Of a stretch of DNA of 64,000 bases, positions 29,484-39,130 are shown piece by piece (the stretch's first letter is position 1; each line of letters begins with the position of its first letter). Under the pieces are notes generated by a model. The model saw only the letters and a list, made by a program, of their open reading frames with translations, ran no database searches and was not told the origin of the DNA. This DNA is from Candidatus Poribacteria bacterium. GTDB lineage: Bacteria; Poribacteria; WGA-4E; JAJDTR01. The stretch is taken from the NCBI GenBank assembly GCA_965208765.1, contig OZ242354.1, forward strand, positions 6,185,281 through 6,249,280, given 5' to 3'. Both the position numbers and the translations under genes were made by a program.

Positions 29484-30305
29484 TCATACCGCCATAGGCG
29501 CCTTGATGGCGTCGTGGTGCTTGTAACTCCGCAGTTTGATATCTTGCATCTTGAAATCATCGATTGACTTTCTCTCGGGGTTGAGATAAAGTTCCGGCAA
29601 CTTCAATGGTTCTCTTTCCAACTGTATCTCCACTTGCTCAAAGTGCTCGTGATAGATGTGAGCATCTCCCAATGAGAGAACCACCTCAGCGGGTTTTAGC
29701 TCGGTTACCTGCGCCACCATGTGCAGAAGCAGGGCGTAAGATGCGATATTAAACGGCACCCCGAGAAACATGTCGCAACTCCGTTCGTACATGTGAAGCG
29801 AGAGCCTGCCGTCAGCGACGAAGAACTGGAAGAAGGCATGGCACGGGGCGAGTGCCATTTGGTCGAGTTCGCCGGGATTCCAAGCTGTCACCACATGGCG
29901 GCGACTGTACGGATTCTCCTTGATTTGCTCGATGACCTCGGCAAGTTGATCCACCGTCCTTCCGTCCGCGGTTTTCCACGAGCGCCATTGCACGCCGTAA
30001 ATCCGCCCCAAGTCGCCCTGAAAACGTGCACGCGGCTTCCAGTAATCCGCCTCGGCGTTTTGATTCCAGACATTACAACCCAACTTCTGGAAGTCCTTGA
30101 CATCCGAGTAGCCTCTAAGAAATCCCAAGAGTTCGGCTTTTACACCGGTGTTGAACGCAAGCTGTTTTGTCGTAACGGCGGGAAAACCATCGGTCATGGC
30201 GAATCGCATCTGCATTCCGAATAGGGCGCGGGTGTCGCCGTTGCGACCAGCTCGATCAACCCCGGAATCCACAACCTGTCTAAGCGCGTCCAAATACTGT
30301 TTCAA
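29484..30305 (-). CDS. thyA: thymidylate synthase
   Basis: RSCDMFLGVPFNIASYALLLHMVA and LAPCHAFFQF (active-site Cys) motifs. Full-length 273 aa. Confidence 0.9.
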   Translation of the reverse strand: MKQYLDALRQVVDSGVDRAGRNGDTRALFGMQMRFAMTDGFPAVTTKQLAFNTGVKAELLGFLRGYSDVKDFQKLGCNVWNQNAEADYWKPRARFQGDLGRIYGVQWRSWKTADGRTVDQLAEVIEQIKENPYSRRHVVTAWNPGELDQMALAPCHAFFQFFVADGRLSLHMYERSCDMFLGVPFNIASYALLLHMVAQVTELKPAEVVLSLGDAHIYHEHFEQVEIQLEREPLKLPELYLNPERKSIDDFKMQDIKLRSYKHHDAIKAPMAV

Positions 30306-30748
30306 CTATGGTCTCCTTGATTATCGGTACTTCCAAACCCGCCGCGTGTCTCCGACTCGATTCGATCAACCTCCGACCACCGCGCGACGTTCACGCGGAC
30401 AAATATACCTTGGGCGATTCTATCACCTCGTTCCACCATCACCGGATCGGAGCTAAAATTGTAGACCTGAATTTTTATTTCGTCCTCCTCGCCGCAGTAG
30501 TCCTGATCTATGACTCCTACTCCGTGCGGAATCAGCAAACCCCATTTTCTCGGCGTGCTGCTGCGAAGCGTTACCATCAACATGTATCCCGGTGGCGTTT
30601 CGACGATGACGTTGGCGGGGATGAGTCCCAAACTGTGCGGGTCGATTATCACTGATTCGCGACAAAGAAAATCAATGCCCACCGAACCTTCGGTTTCGTA
30701 TTTAGGCAGGGGGAGGTCGTTATCTACTCGCTTGATTTTGACTTTCAT
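30302..30748 (-). CDS. dut: dUTP diphosphatase
   Basis: KYETEGSVGIDF, GVGVIDQDYCGE, GDRIAQ and GGFGSTD motifs. Overlaps thyA by 4 bp. Confidence 0.85.
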   Translation of the reverse strand: MKVKIKRVDNDLPLPKYETEGSVGIDFLCRESVIIDPHSLGLIPANVIVETPPGYMLMVTLRSSTPRKWGLLIPHGVGVIDQDYCGEEDEIKIQVYNFSSDPVMVERGDRIAQGIFVRVNVARWSEVDRIESETRGGFGSTDNQGDHS

Positions 30749-30949
30749 TGGCTAGTTGCCGCTCTTCTTGCGTTCTTCTGACAGCGGGTAGTGAGTTGCG
30801 TGATTTGAGCTTCGCGATCATCTTCAAGATTTGCGCGAGATTCAATCTCTCTGCTCTAAATCACGTTATCATAATTGGCAGCATCATTCAAGCAAAATCA
30901 GATTCGTCGATGGACTCAAGGAGTACGACATTGGAGAAATCGTGTTCAT

Positions 30950-31480
30950 TCGGTTCATGATTATTCGGTTGGGCCACTGGGTCGCGACCAGGAGGTCGCT
31001 CCTACGATTGCTTAGAGCGACTGGTAGGATGTAAATGGAAACTCATTCAGGACCCATTGATACGTGGCTCCTCCGATCAGGATTTTTTGCCGCTACGATT
31101 CGGGCGCGGGAACCGCGCCCCTACGAACAGTTGAACTTCGTTCATTTGAGCCTTCGCCGATTGCTCAGTCGATCTATTCGTTCGTTTGTTCCTTCCTACA
31201 CAGTGGGAATAAGGAATGGTGGGCAGAAGATTAGCTATGGGATCTCTATCGCGTTCGTTGTTCACTCACTTGATCACTCGCTATTCACTCGCTTGATTCC
31301 ACCCTACACTACTTTCGGTTCAAGATTATTCGGTCGGCAATTAGGTCGCGACCGGGAGGTCGTTCCTACAACTGATTAATACGGTCGGTTGATGACAAAT
31401 GATATTCTGCTGCTGCGAGTCGGGCGCGGGAACCGCGCCCCTACGAACAGTTGAACTTCGTTCGCCTGCTAGATTAAGGG
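30950..31480. repeat. tandemly duplicated composite repeat block
   Basis: Unit 1 is about 30950..31310. Unit 2 is about 31318..31470. Both carry ggtcgcgacc(a/g)ggaggtcg and the GC hairpin gggcgcgggaaccgcgccc followed by ctacgaacagttgaacttcgttc. Unit 1 also carries a family-2 copy. Confidence 0.6.
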
Positions 31481-32337
31481 TTTCGAAGAAAGTCGTCGAT
31501 GACGTCGTCCGTGAAGAATGCGTGTCCAATTTGATGACTTAAGGTGCGGGAGGTTTGGCGACGCATTCTTCGCAGAATCTGGGAGTCAAGCACAATGGGC
31601 GCGTCCGATTTTTGGCGCGGTGCCGGTTTGTTTGGACCGAGGTCGGCATCCGTGATTTCAACCGTGAATCGCGCCGAATGGGTGAACACGCTATCCAAGA
31701 AGTCACTCCATAGGAACCGGTCCCAGTCGTCGACCGCAAGCGGGGAATCCTTGACAAGATGGCTTATCCTGCGAATTTCAGGTTTCAAACCCGAGCGGTC
31801 TCTACGATATAGTTCGTGCTCAATTTTTGAAACAATGTCGATATCTCGGCTGTATTCTTCCGCCGTCTTTTGCAAGGTATCAATATGGAAGCCGTCGACG
31901 ATTTTGAACAAAGTGAATGCGCGGGTCATCGGGTCTGGATACAATCCGTTGTCCAGCTGTCGCCTGACTGCCCTGTAGACGGAGTTGCGCACAGCGATAA
32001 AGGTCCCAGACGAGTGATTGCGCCGATAGGGATGGGAGAGTTGCCTTGTGGCTTGTTGAAGCGCGCAGTCCTGAATGAAGGTTTTGTGCAAACAGTCTCG
32101 CAGTTCCGATTCGGTTGGAAGCGGCCATTCGGGGATACTCAGAGTTGCGGCGGATCGTTCTCTAGTTGCGTGCCCCGATATGAGATCGATTAGCAAGTCG
32201 TAAAGATATTCCAACTCGAGCTTGGCGTACGACCAAGCGGTGCAGGACCGGTGATTCTCGCTTTCGTCGTCCGTGATCGGCGCACTCTGTGCGGGATAGC
32301 GTAGTTCACCGAGGTGAACGCGTTTCGGTTTCGCCAT
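31474..32337 (-). CDS. hypothetical protein (287 aa), no recognisable family
   Basis: Overlaps the upstream ORF by 32 bp in the same direction. No Walker, HEPN, nuclease or other motif recognised. Confidence 0.5.
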   Translation of the reverse strand: MAKPKRVHLGELRYPAQSAPITDDESENHRSCTAWSYAKLELEYLYDLLIDLISGHATRERSAATLSIPEWPLPTESELRDCLHKTFIQDCALQQATRQLSHPYRRNHSSGTFIAVRNSVYRAVRRQLDNGLYPDPMTRAFTLFKIVDGFHIDTLQKTAEEYSRDIDIVSKIEHELYRRDRSGLKPEIRRISHLVKDSPLAVDDWDRFLWSDFLDSVFTHSARFTVEITDADLGPNKPAPRQKSDAPIVLDSQILRRMRRQTSRTLSHQIGHAFFTDDVIDDFLRNP

Positions 32338-32911
32338 TGTCTTTCTCCTTTATTATACCAATTAGTTCCATTAACCAGATGCGCGAGAGGTTATATATCA
32401 ACGCCAACTTACGCATCTCCGCAGCGTCTCGCGTTTTCGTTTCTTTAATGTGCATCAAGTGCTGCAGGGTCATCTCTTGAATATCTCTTGCTATTTGCAG
32501 GTCAGCTTCAATGAATGCTTCGATTTCCGCTTGCTGGCGTGCGATTATTTCTTGGGCGGCAAGGCGGTTTTTCTCATTGTCAAACGCACGGACGCGCTCT
32601 TTCCAGCGGAATCTGCTTGACCATCGCCCGATGGTCTTTAAATCTCGGGTTTTGCCGCGCACCGGGATATGGGTGAGTTTGCGCAGCGTACGATCCGGCA
32701 TATCTCGGTAGAGTTCATAATATTCGAAAGCAAGCACGGTTTCACCCGCCATCCTTTTGTCGTATCGCATTGCGGTATTCATGCCTCGTGATGTTCCGGA
32801 AGACGATGCCAACGGAGCGTCGATTTTTGCACCGTGTTGGCATTTTCCGATATGAAGGTTTCCTATGCTGGCGCAGTTTTGGGGTTTTTTGAGCGCCAAC
32901 AAGCTGCCCAC
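32306..32911 (-). CDS. hypothetical protein with possible HTH plus coiled-coil, faintly Nu1/terminase-small-subunit-like
   Basis: YYELYRDMPDRTLRKLTHIPVRGKTRDLKTIGRWSSRFRWKERVRAFDNEKNRLAAQEIIARQQAEIEAF. The start is probably the internal Met near 32782. Confidence 0.45.
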   Translation of the reverse strand: MGSLLALKKPQNCASIGNLHIGKCQHGAKIDAPLASSSGTSRGMNTAMRYDKRMAGETVLAFEYYELYRDMPDRTLRKLTHIPVRGKTRDLKTIGRWSSRFRWKERVRAFDNEKNRLAAQEIIARQQAEIEAFIEADLQIARDIQEMTLQHLMHIKETKTRDAAEMRKLALIYNLSRIWLMELIGIIKEKDNGETETRSPR

Positions 32912-33557
32912 AGTAAAAAGTTGCGCCGCGCTGACGGATTGCTATGAATCGAACAGCGGGTGCGGTTGTTCTATGCGGGACACCGCTACGGTAATTGCAG
33001 CGGGACGGAGTTATCGAGTTGCACCCCGACTCCCTAGTGAAATTACTGAATCACGGCCGCCATCTGTTATGTTCACTGCCACACTATACCACACATATGT
33101 TAAGTTGTCAATCGAAAAAGTCGGCTCGTGGGCGGAATGAAATGGGAAAGTATGGTGGAGCGAAGGGAAGGGTGGGATAGCCGAACCACTGGGAAATTCG
33201 TTGCGCCGACATGTATCGGAAATGGAGCGAATTCCTAGCGGAGGATTTGCGACAGTGACGGGAATCATTATGCGGATTGATCGGAATTCCTTCTACAGGT
33301 TGGGTCGCCGAGTCCACCTTGGGGCGTCTGTGTCAGGATGGGCTGTGGCCTTCACTTATCAGTCGGTTGATCGCTCAGCCCAGCTTACAGGTTAAATCCG
33401 GCGTAATCGGGGAATGCGGACGGGCACGAACTAAGAGTGCTCATCCGAAGATTACACAAATCGTTGACAGGAATTGGTAATCAGGAGTATAATTGAATGA
33501 TGTCGCTAAGTCGGAACGCGATGCGTGATAAGACCAGGTGAGAACGGAAGGTTGGAT

Positions 33558-33634
<77 letters not shown>

Positions 33635-33656
33635 CCGTGGACGTGAATGATAATGT

Positions 33657-34601
33657 ATGTCCACGAAATTGTCAAGAGATTTTGCATTGGCGGTTAACCT
33701 CGGCCGATTCCAATGCTTCGAGGAGTTTGTGATGTCTGAAAAGAATATTCGAATGGATCAGGAGTTAAAGACGAAGTTGGCTTCCCGATTCCTGTTGTAC
33801 CGCATGATTGAAGAAAAGGATCTGCCCCCGGTTTTGCTTAACGGCGATTACAAGTTTCTTGAAAAGCTTCTAGACGAACATTTTGACGAGTATTGGACGA
33901 TCGAGGAGGGCGCAGAGCACTATTCACCGACCCGTAAGGGAGAGTTGATTTACCAGAATTTCATTGCGCGTTGGTGGGACTTTATCCTTACATACGACAT
34001 CTTTGCAGGCGTAGACTTGGGCGAGGGCGTATTTGCCGATGAGGACGCGGCTTGGGAAGAGCTCGACGAAGACGGGCGGCCGATTTGGGAGGACTTGAGG
34101 GTAGCCGTATGTATTTACAAGCAGAGACTCGCGGAAGGAGAAGGGCGCAAGACAGATCTCAACCCTTTCACGATTGCCTTCATGTCGCTTCTATCGGAAA
34201 GAAGGATCGGAGCTGAGAAATCGTGGCAATTCGATCTACTGTCCGATGAGTTTTGGGGCGAGGTTGAAGAGATCGTGAACACAAATCTTTGGCCCGAAGA
34301 TTTGGCTTACATTGACGAGGAAACGGGGGACGAGATTTCGGGCGACGACGTTATGTTAGACGTGATTGACCAGGGTATTGAGGAAACCAAGAGAAGATGG
34401 GAGGAGGATGACGACGACGATGGCGAGTATCTTAATCCTCCCGAATCCATGACTACGCGGAAACAGGTGGTTGAGGAATACGAAGAGGAAGTGATTGATT
34501 ATGGATGGGGTTACGATCCGTTTTACTATAACCCGTATGCTGTCATCGGCGGCGGCTTGTTGACAGCGGCGTTTATCGGTTCTGTTTGGCTCGCATTTTA
34601 G
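33657..34601 (+). CDS. hypothetical acidic protein with C-terminal membrane anchor
   Basis: 314-aa ORF; the likely start is the Met at 33732 (MSEKNIRMDQELK). Asp/Glu-rich (EEDDDDDGEYLNPPES) and ends AVIGGGLLTAAFIGSVWLAF. Confidence 0.5.
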   Translation: MSTKLSRDFALAVNLGRFQCFEEFVMSEKNIRMDQELKTKLASRFLLYRMIEEKDLPPVLLNGDYKFLEKLLDEHFDEYWTIEEGAEHYSPTRKGELIYQNFIARWWDFILTYDIFAGVDLGEGVFADEDAAWEELDEDGRPIWEDLRVAVCIYKQRLAEGEGRKTDLNPFTIAFMSLLSERRIGAEKSWQFDLLSDEFWGEVEEIVNTNLWPEDLAYIDEETGDEISGDDVMLDVIDQGIEETKRRWEEDDDDDGEYLNPPESMTTRKQVVEEYEEEVIDYGWGYDPFYYNPYAVIGGGLLTAAFIGSVWLAF

Positions 34602-34612
34602 AGGAGGATTCC

Positions 34613-35665
34613 ATGCAAAAAACGCACGTGGTGCTGATGAGTTGTCTCTTGTGTGGCGTGTTGGCGGCTTTAACGGGTTGCGATAATCGTTCAAAGGACG
34701 TTCCGGTCGGCGTCGGCAGATCTGCGGTGTCCGCGAAAATTGACCTGACCGACAAGCTTAATCCGGCAATCCTCCCGGATGTGCTCAAGGAGGTCTTCAG
34801 AGAACTTGCACCTACGAAGAAGCCCGAGTCCAAAGAATTTCAGCAGAAGGTCGTACAGAAACTGAGCCAAAAAATCATGGACGACCCGGAGGTCAACTAT
34901 AGGGTAGATCTCAACGAGGACGGGAATATCGACCCGCTGCTTGTGGTGCCTGAATCAGTGGAGGGCAAAGCGGCAGTGTACTCGCTCCGCGTGCCGGACC
35001 CCGGCGACCACCCCAGAGATCCCGAGCAAAATGCGGATTGGCACAAGATTGCGGACGGCGGAATCGAGCTAGTCGCGCTCTCGGTGACGTACGATCAGAG
35101 TGCACAGTCGATGGCGATCAACGCTGAATCAAACAAGTACGTCTACGAGGGACGGAACCATCACCATGGCAGCACCTACCACTCGCACGGACACAATTGG
35201 ATGGCGACCTACTTCCAATACATGATCCTTCGGGATATTTTATTCCGACCGTATGGATGGTACGGCCCCGGATTTTACGGCGGATGGTACGGAGGATTCT
35301 ACGGCGGCTGGCATTCACCGGTTGCGACCCGCAGCGTGAGGCGCACCGTGACGAACTATAACACCTCTCCATCGTCGGCGAGGCCGGCGAGCAATGTGGC
35401 GAGAAGCAGCAAAGCAAGGAGCCGGACCACGGCGCCAAAGGCCATTACGGACATGAAATCCAAACGCGCCATGGCGGCGCGAACCGGCGGAGCCGCGCGA
35501 AGCGGCGCTTTTGGAAGCGGGAGGTCTTCTACGACGAGATCGGCAGTTAACAGATCCAGTAGCTCATCCAGTAGAAGTCGGAGTTCCGGTTTTGGAAGAT
35601 CCTCGTCCTCTTCGACTCGACGCAGCAGCTCGTTCAGGGGAGGAAGTAGGGGATTTGGGAAGTGA
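34613..35665 (+). CDS. hypothetical lipoprotein with aromatic-Gly segment and Ser/Arg-rich tail
   Basis: GAGGAGG RBS. Lipobox LAALTGC|D. His-rich NHHHGSTYHSHGHNW, YGWYGPGFYGGWYGGFYGGWH, then ~120 aa of S/R/T-rich low complexity. Confidence 0.55.
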   Translation: MQKTHVVLMSCLLCGVLAALTGCDNRSKDVPVGVGRSAVSAKIDLTDKLNPAILPDVLKEVFRELAPTKKPESKEFQQKVVQKLSQKIMDDPEVNYRVDLNEDGNIDPLLVVPESVEGKAAVYSLRVPDPGDHPRDPEQNADWHKIADGGIELVALSVTYDQSAQSMAINAESNKYVYEGRNHHHGSTYHSHGHNWMATYFQYMILRDILFRPYGWYGPGFYGGWYGGFYGGWHSPVATRSVRRTVTNYNTSPSSARPASNVARSSKARSRTTAPKAITDMKSKRAMAARTGGAARSGAFGSGRSSTTRSAVNRSSSSSSRSRSSGFGRSSSSSTRRSSSFRGGSRGFGK

Positions 35666-35964
35666 ACGCGGGTAAAGAGCATGGCCAAGGCTTAGAAACT
35701 GTTTGAAAAGCCGTCTTCTCCTACGAAAATAGCACCTATTTGAGATGTGAAAATCAAGCAATGAGTCACATCCCGCTTCCATAATACCAACCATAGGAGA
35801 CACATCTGCGTTTGTAGGTATTCTAGGCTTTATCATTTTGTTGTTGGTAAAGAAGAGTGTAATAATGTCGTAATAGCTTGTTTAAATAAGCTGAAACTTC
35901 GAAAGCGCGTGATTTTATTCAATGAAGAATTGTTTAACTATTCTCCTCTCTCTCAAGTAACACT

Positions 35965-36145
35965 CGACATTGCACTCCGCTGGAGTGCAGACGCAGGGAG
36001 GAATCGTTTTCTATTGACATCTCACTCCGCTGGAGTGAAAACCAGACCACGAAGGAACACTTTTCACGGTTAGTCATTGAGCGAAAAAGGAGTGTTACTT
36101 GCTGAATGAATTATTCCGACAGGGATAATGGCGTGCTACCATAAT
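35965..36145. repeat. composite ~180-bp repeat unit (two GCACTCC-gct-GGAGTGC hairpins, ttctattgacat box, ccgacagggataatgg tail)
   Basis: About 90% identical to two tandem units at 41160..41600. Confidence 0.6.
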
Positions 36146-36404
36146 AAGACATAATTATATGGCTTCTGTGGACTCAGAATTTAGGAAGTATCATTTGAAA
36201 TCTTGGTGGGGAGAAAGAAACTAACGCACTACACGAAATCAGTAACTACCCCACCGTTTTCCCTTCCATGCCGGCTATTTAGTTCCCATGACCGCAAAGA
36301 AAGTAAAGACAGAAGATACTTAGTGCGATTATCTGTCTTTGCTTCTTTTGCCCTTTCCGGTCGAGAATTGAACAATCTGAACAAACAACTGTCCGCGAGG
36401 AACA

Positions 36405-36833
36405 ATGCAATCTCCTTTAACTATTCGACAAATAGTTATAATTATCTTATTCTCAGCAATATTTTCGTTAATTGGAGTGAATGTATCTTCTCGACTTTTT
36501 TTATGGGATTTTGAAAGTCGAGATGCAGTGCTTAATAACATCGAATTTGATATAAATTCAACCTGGCGTTCTTTGGAAATTGCAAATCGTGTAGCGGAGC
36601 ATCGGTGGTCTCTAGAGATATTGGATGTAGTAGAAGGGTTTGAATCATTAAAGAAAAAACAGAACCAATACTATGAAAAAGTGGCGTCGCAAGGGCATTT
36701 AGAATTTATCTGGAATGGCGCAACCGGTTCTCGTGCCAGAGAATACAAATCGATTGAGAATGAGTTTGATGTTTTACGCGATTCATTGGGAGGCATTGTC
36801 GAAAAGAATGCCGAGGAATATGGATCTCGTTAA
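36405..36833 (+). CDS. hypothetical membrane-anchored protein in an AT-rich island
   Basis: N-terminal TM helix IVIIILFSAIFSLIGV. Local A+T clearly above the window average. No family recognised. Confidence 0.4.
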   Translation: MQSPLTIRQIVIIILFSAIFSLIGVNVSSRLFLWDFESRDAVLNNIEFDINSTWRSLEIANRVAEHRWSLEILDVVEGFESLKKKQNQYYEKVASQGHLEFIWNGATGSRAREYKSIENEFDVLRDSLGGIVEKNAEEYGSR

Positions 36834-36988
36834 GTGTATTTTGTTCCACAATGCCCTTCCCCTTCGTTGCTTGTTTCCCCTTGTAATGTCATAAACATCA
36901 AAGAAAGTCGTTTTTTACTGATGCCGTTTTTCTTTTTCAAACAAGCTCTTAGCTCGACTTTGTACATTTGTAGGCAGAATAACAGACT

Positions 36989-37576
36989 GTGGAACTAATT
37001 ATTGTACTTGTGGGCGTCTTAGTTGTGATAGCTGTCATTTGGGCGCTTTTTTTGCGGAAGAAAGATTCGAATATTGCTGAATCCCCGCCAACCTTGGATG
37101 ATGTGAAACCGGGTGGGGTTGTCGTCGTGAAAGGAAGCGAATACCTGGTAGAGCAACGGAACCGGTACACCGAGGCGGACGGGGAGTGGTTCGAGCTAAA
37201 GTTGACCGGTGACGAGGGTCGGACGTATTGGCTGGACTGGCAAGACCGCGGCGGTTTGAACGTGAGCCTCACGCAGGAAACGCCATTTTCTTCTCTTGGC
37301 TTGACGCCCGACGATCTGGCATCCTTTGACGACGAAGAAACCGGCAGTTTTGACTTTGATGATGTCATTTACTACTTCGCGGCGTCAGGAGAAAGCCAAA
37401 TGTACGAGAACGACGCCCCGGAGAGCGAAGCGTTCTACTACTGGAACTTTGAGGACGAGGAACACGAGAACGTCATTAACGTGGCACGTTGGAGCGGAGG
37501 AGATTACGAAGCCGCAATCGGCAGTTACATCGGTGCTTCGGAGGTGGACATCTACAGCGCGGGATCAAGTGAGTGA
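36989..37576 (+). CDS. DUF4178-like protein with N-terminal TM helix (tentative)
   Basis: MELIIVLVGVLVVIAVIWALFL. GSEYLVEQRNRYTEADGEWFELKLTGDEGRTYWLDWQD pattern. Acidic C-terminus. Confidence 0.45.
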   Translation: MELIIVLVGVLVVIAVIWALFLRKKDSNIAESPPTLDDVKPGGVVVVKGSEYLVEQRNRYTEADGEWFELKLTGDEGRTYWLDWQDRGGLNVSLTQETPFSSLGLTPDDLASFDDEETGSFDFDDVIYYFAASGESQMYENDAPESEAFYYWNFEDEEHENVINVARWSGGDYEAAIGSYIGASEVDIYSAGSSE

Positions 37577-37602
37577 ATAGCGAGTAGGAGTGAACGAGAA
37601 AA

Positions 37603-37710
37603 GAAACCAAGTTTTGAAGAAAAAACTCGGTTTCGAGATTCAGTGCAAGAAAGAAATCAAGTTTTCAAGAAAAAACTTGATTTCGGTCGTTTCGGGAAAA
37701 ACTCGGTTTC
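37603..37710. terminator. tandem array of the 13-bp-stem hairpin (2 full copies and 1 half) at a convergent gene junction
   Basis: gaaaccaagttttgaagaaaaaactcggtttc and gaaatcaagttttcaagaaaaaacttgatttc. The second copy carries paired compensatory changes. It sits between the + gene ending at 37576 and the - gene ending at 37720. Confidence 0.5.
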
Positions 37711-37719
37711 GATTTGGTT

Positions 37720-38790
37720 TTACGCCATCAGTTTCGCGCGAAACGCTTGAACATCTACCCTCTCCCGGGTTCGAGCAGATTCGTTGCACGCCTCCATCAG
37801 GACCCACGTGTCCAAGGTTGACCTCTGAAACCAATCCCGATTCTTTCCGGTGGAAATAGCTTCGGCCAACGTGTCGAGCTGAATACGGTCGTCCTCGCGC
37901 AAACCCGGATAAACGTCCTGCAACTGCAAGTCCTCAACGCACTTTCCTTCCCTGAATAGTTGCAGATGGCCCGTGTCTCGACGCATATCGCCTTTCGTTC
38001 CGTGAAACATCCAGTACCCACTCCATTCAAGCATTCTAACGTGCGCTGCGCGAGTGCCGGTGTAGCAGAACGGTGCCCCATTGGCAAATTCAAATAACGC
38101 CTGACCTCCGGCGGTGCCCCAGACGCCGGTTTGCGCAAGGACTGGGTCTTGGCGGCAATGAATGTATGCCGTGACACGCCGCGGCAGCCCTTTTGCAGCG
38201 ACAAGTTGGTCAAGCTGGTGACTCGCGCCGGCGTGGAAATAAAGCCCCTCAAGAAACGCATCGGGCTGACGTGAATCTTCACCGACATGGAGATTCTGCC
38301 GAATCCAGAATCGACATTCTCCGCCGAGCATCTCGCCGATACCCGCTTCCTCCCGAAGCCAATCACGCATTTGTGTTGCGGCAGGGTTCCACCGCATATT
38401 CTGGCTTTGAACCAGCATCAGACTAGGATTTTCTTTTGCGACGGAGATAATCTGGCGAAATTCGTTCTGATCGACGGCAATCGGTTTGACGCAAAGTGTG
38501 TGCAAACCCAAATTGAGGCTTTCCATTATGAGTTGGGCATGTGCCGTGGTCGACGTGTAAATGAGACATACTTGGGCGTCGTGCTTTTCCTTAGCTTCCG
38601 TGATGGTCGTGTAAATGCTATTCGGAAGGTCACTCGGCACGTCCTCATCCAAGGATTGTAGAGTTTCGCGCGCCGCATCAGGATTGATGTCGACGCAGGC
38701 TACCGGTTCCAGCCCGTCGCAGCGTAGATGCGCTTGCAATCTTCCTCTGCCAAAATTTGTACACCCGACGTGGATTGTCGATAGTGCCAT
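37720..38790 (-). CDS. Gfo/Idh/MocA family oxidoreductase
   Basis: AAGGAG RBS precedes ATG 38790. MALSTIHVGCTNFGRG Rossmann-like start, CVKPIA, and a C-terminal dimerisation domain. Confidence 0.8.
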   Translation of the reverse strand: MALSTIHVGCTNFGRGRLQAHLRCDGLEPVACVDINPDAARETLQSLDEDVPSDLPNSIYTTITEAKEKHDAQVCLIYTSTTAHAQLIMESLNLGLHTLCVKPIAVDQNEFRQIISVAKENPSLMLVQSQNMRWNPAATQMRDWLREEAGIGEMLGGECRFWIRQNLHVGEDSRQPDAFLEGLYFHAGASHQLDQLVAAKGLPRRVTAYIHCRQDPVLAQTGVWGTAGGQALFEFANGAPFCYTGTRAAHVRMLEWSGYWMFHGTKGDMRRDTGHLQLFREGKCVEDLQLQDVYPGLREDDRIQLDTLAEAISTGKNRDWFQRSTLDTWVLMEACNESARTRERVDVQAFRAKLMA

Positions 38791-38944
38791 CGTCAACTCC
38801 TTTCCCTTATAGTCAAGTTCATTCATATTTACACATATTTCGGTACCTGCGGTTTCCAACCGCAGGTACGAGACTTGATAAACACCAGTTCGCTTAGTGG
38901 TTTATTTTCTAAGAATACATGGTATTACCCTTCTTGTTAATCGG

Positions 38945-39050
38945 GACAGGGGGAACGCTATCGCACTCGCTATCCATTCGTTTGATCCCCTCCCAGCGAG
39001 GGGGAGCCTCTTCCACTGGGTTACGGCACACGGAGTGTGCCTACTACTAT
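38945..39050. repeat. family-2 repeat plus REP hairpin
   Basis: ggaacgctatcgcactcgctatccattcgtttgatcccctcccagcgaggggga...ttacggcacacggagtgtgcctactac. Also contains a second palindrome cctcccagcgaggggagg-like. Confidence 0.6.
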
Positions 39051-39130
39051 GGGATACATCAAATAAACCAGTTAGGAAACCGAACCTACCGCAGTGAATA
39101 AATTATTATTGGTTTTACTATAAGCACAAA

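Noticed and set aside
35965-36060. Regularly spaced 19-bp palindromic repeats (GCACTCCGCTGGAGTGCAG) resembling a mini CRISPR array, also at 41160..41500
   Set aside because: The sequences between the repeats are ~90% identical to each other across copies, so they are part of one duplicated composite element and not unique spacers. No cas genes are nearby.
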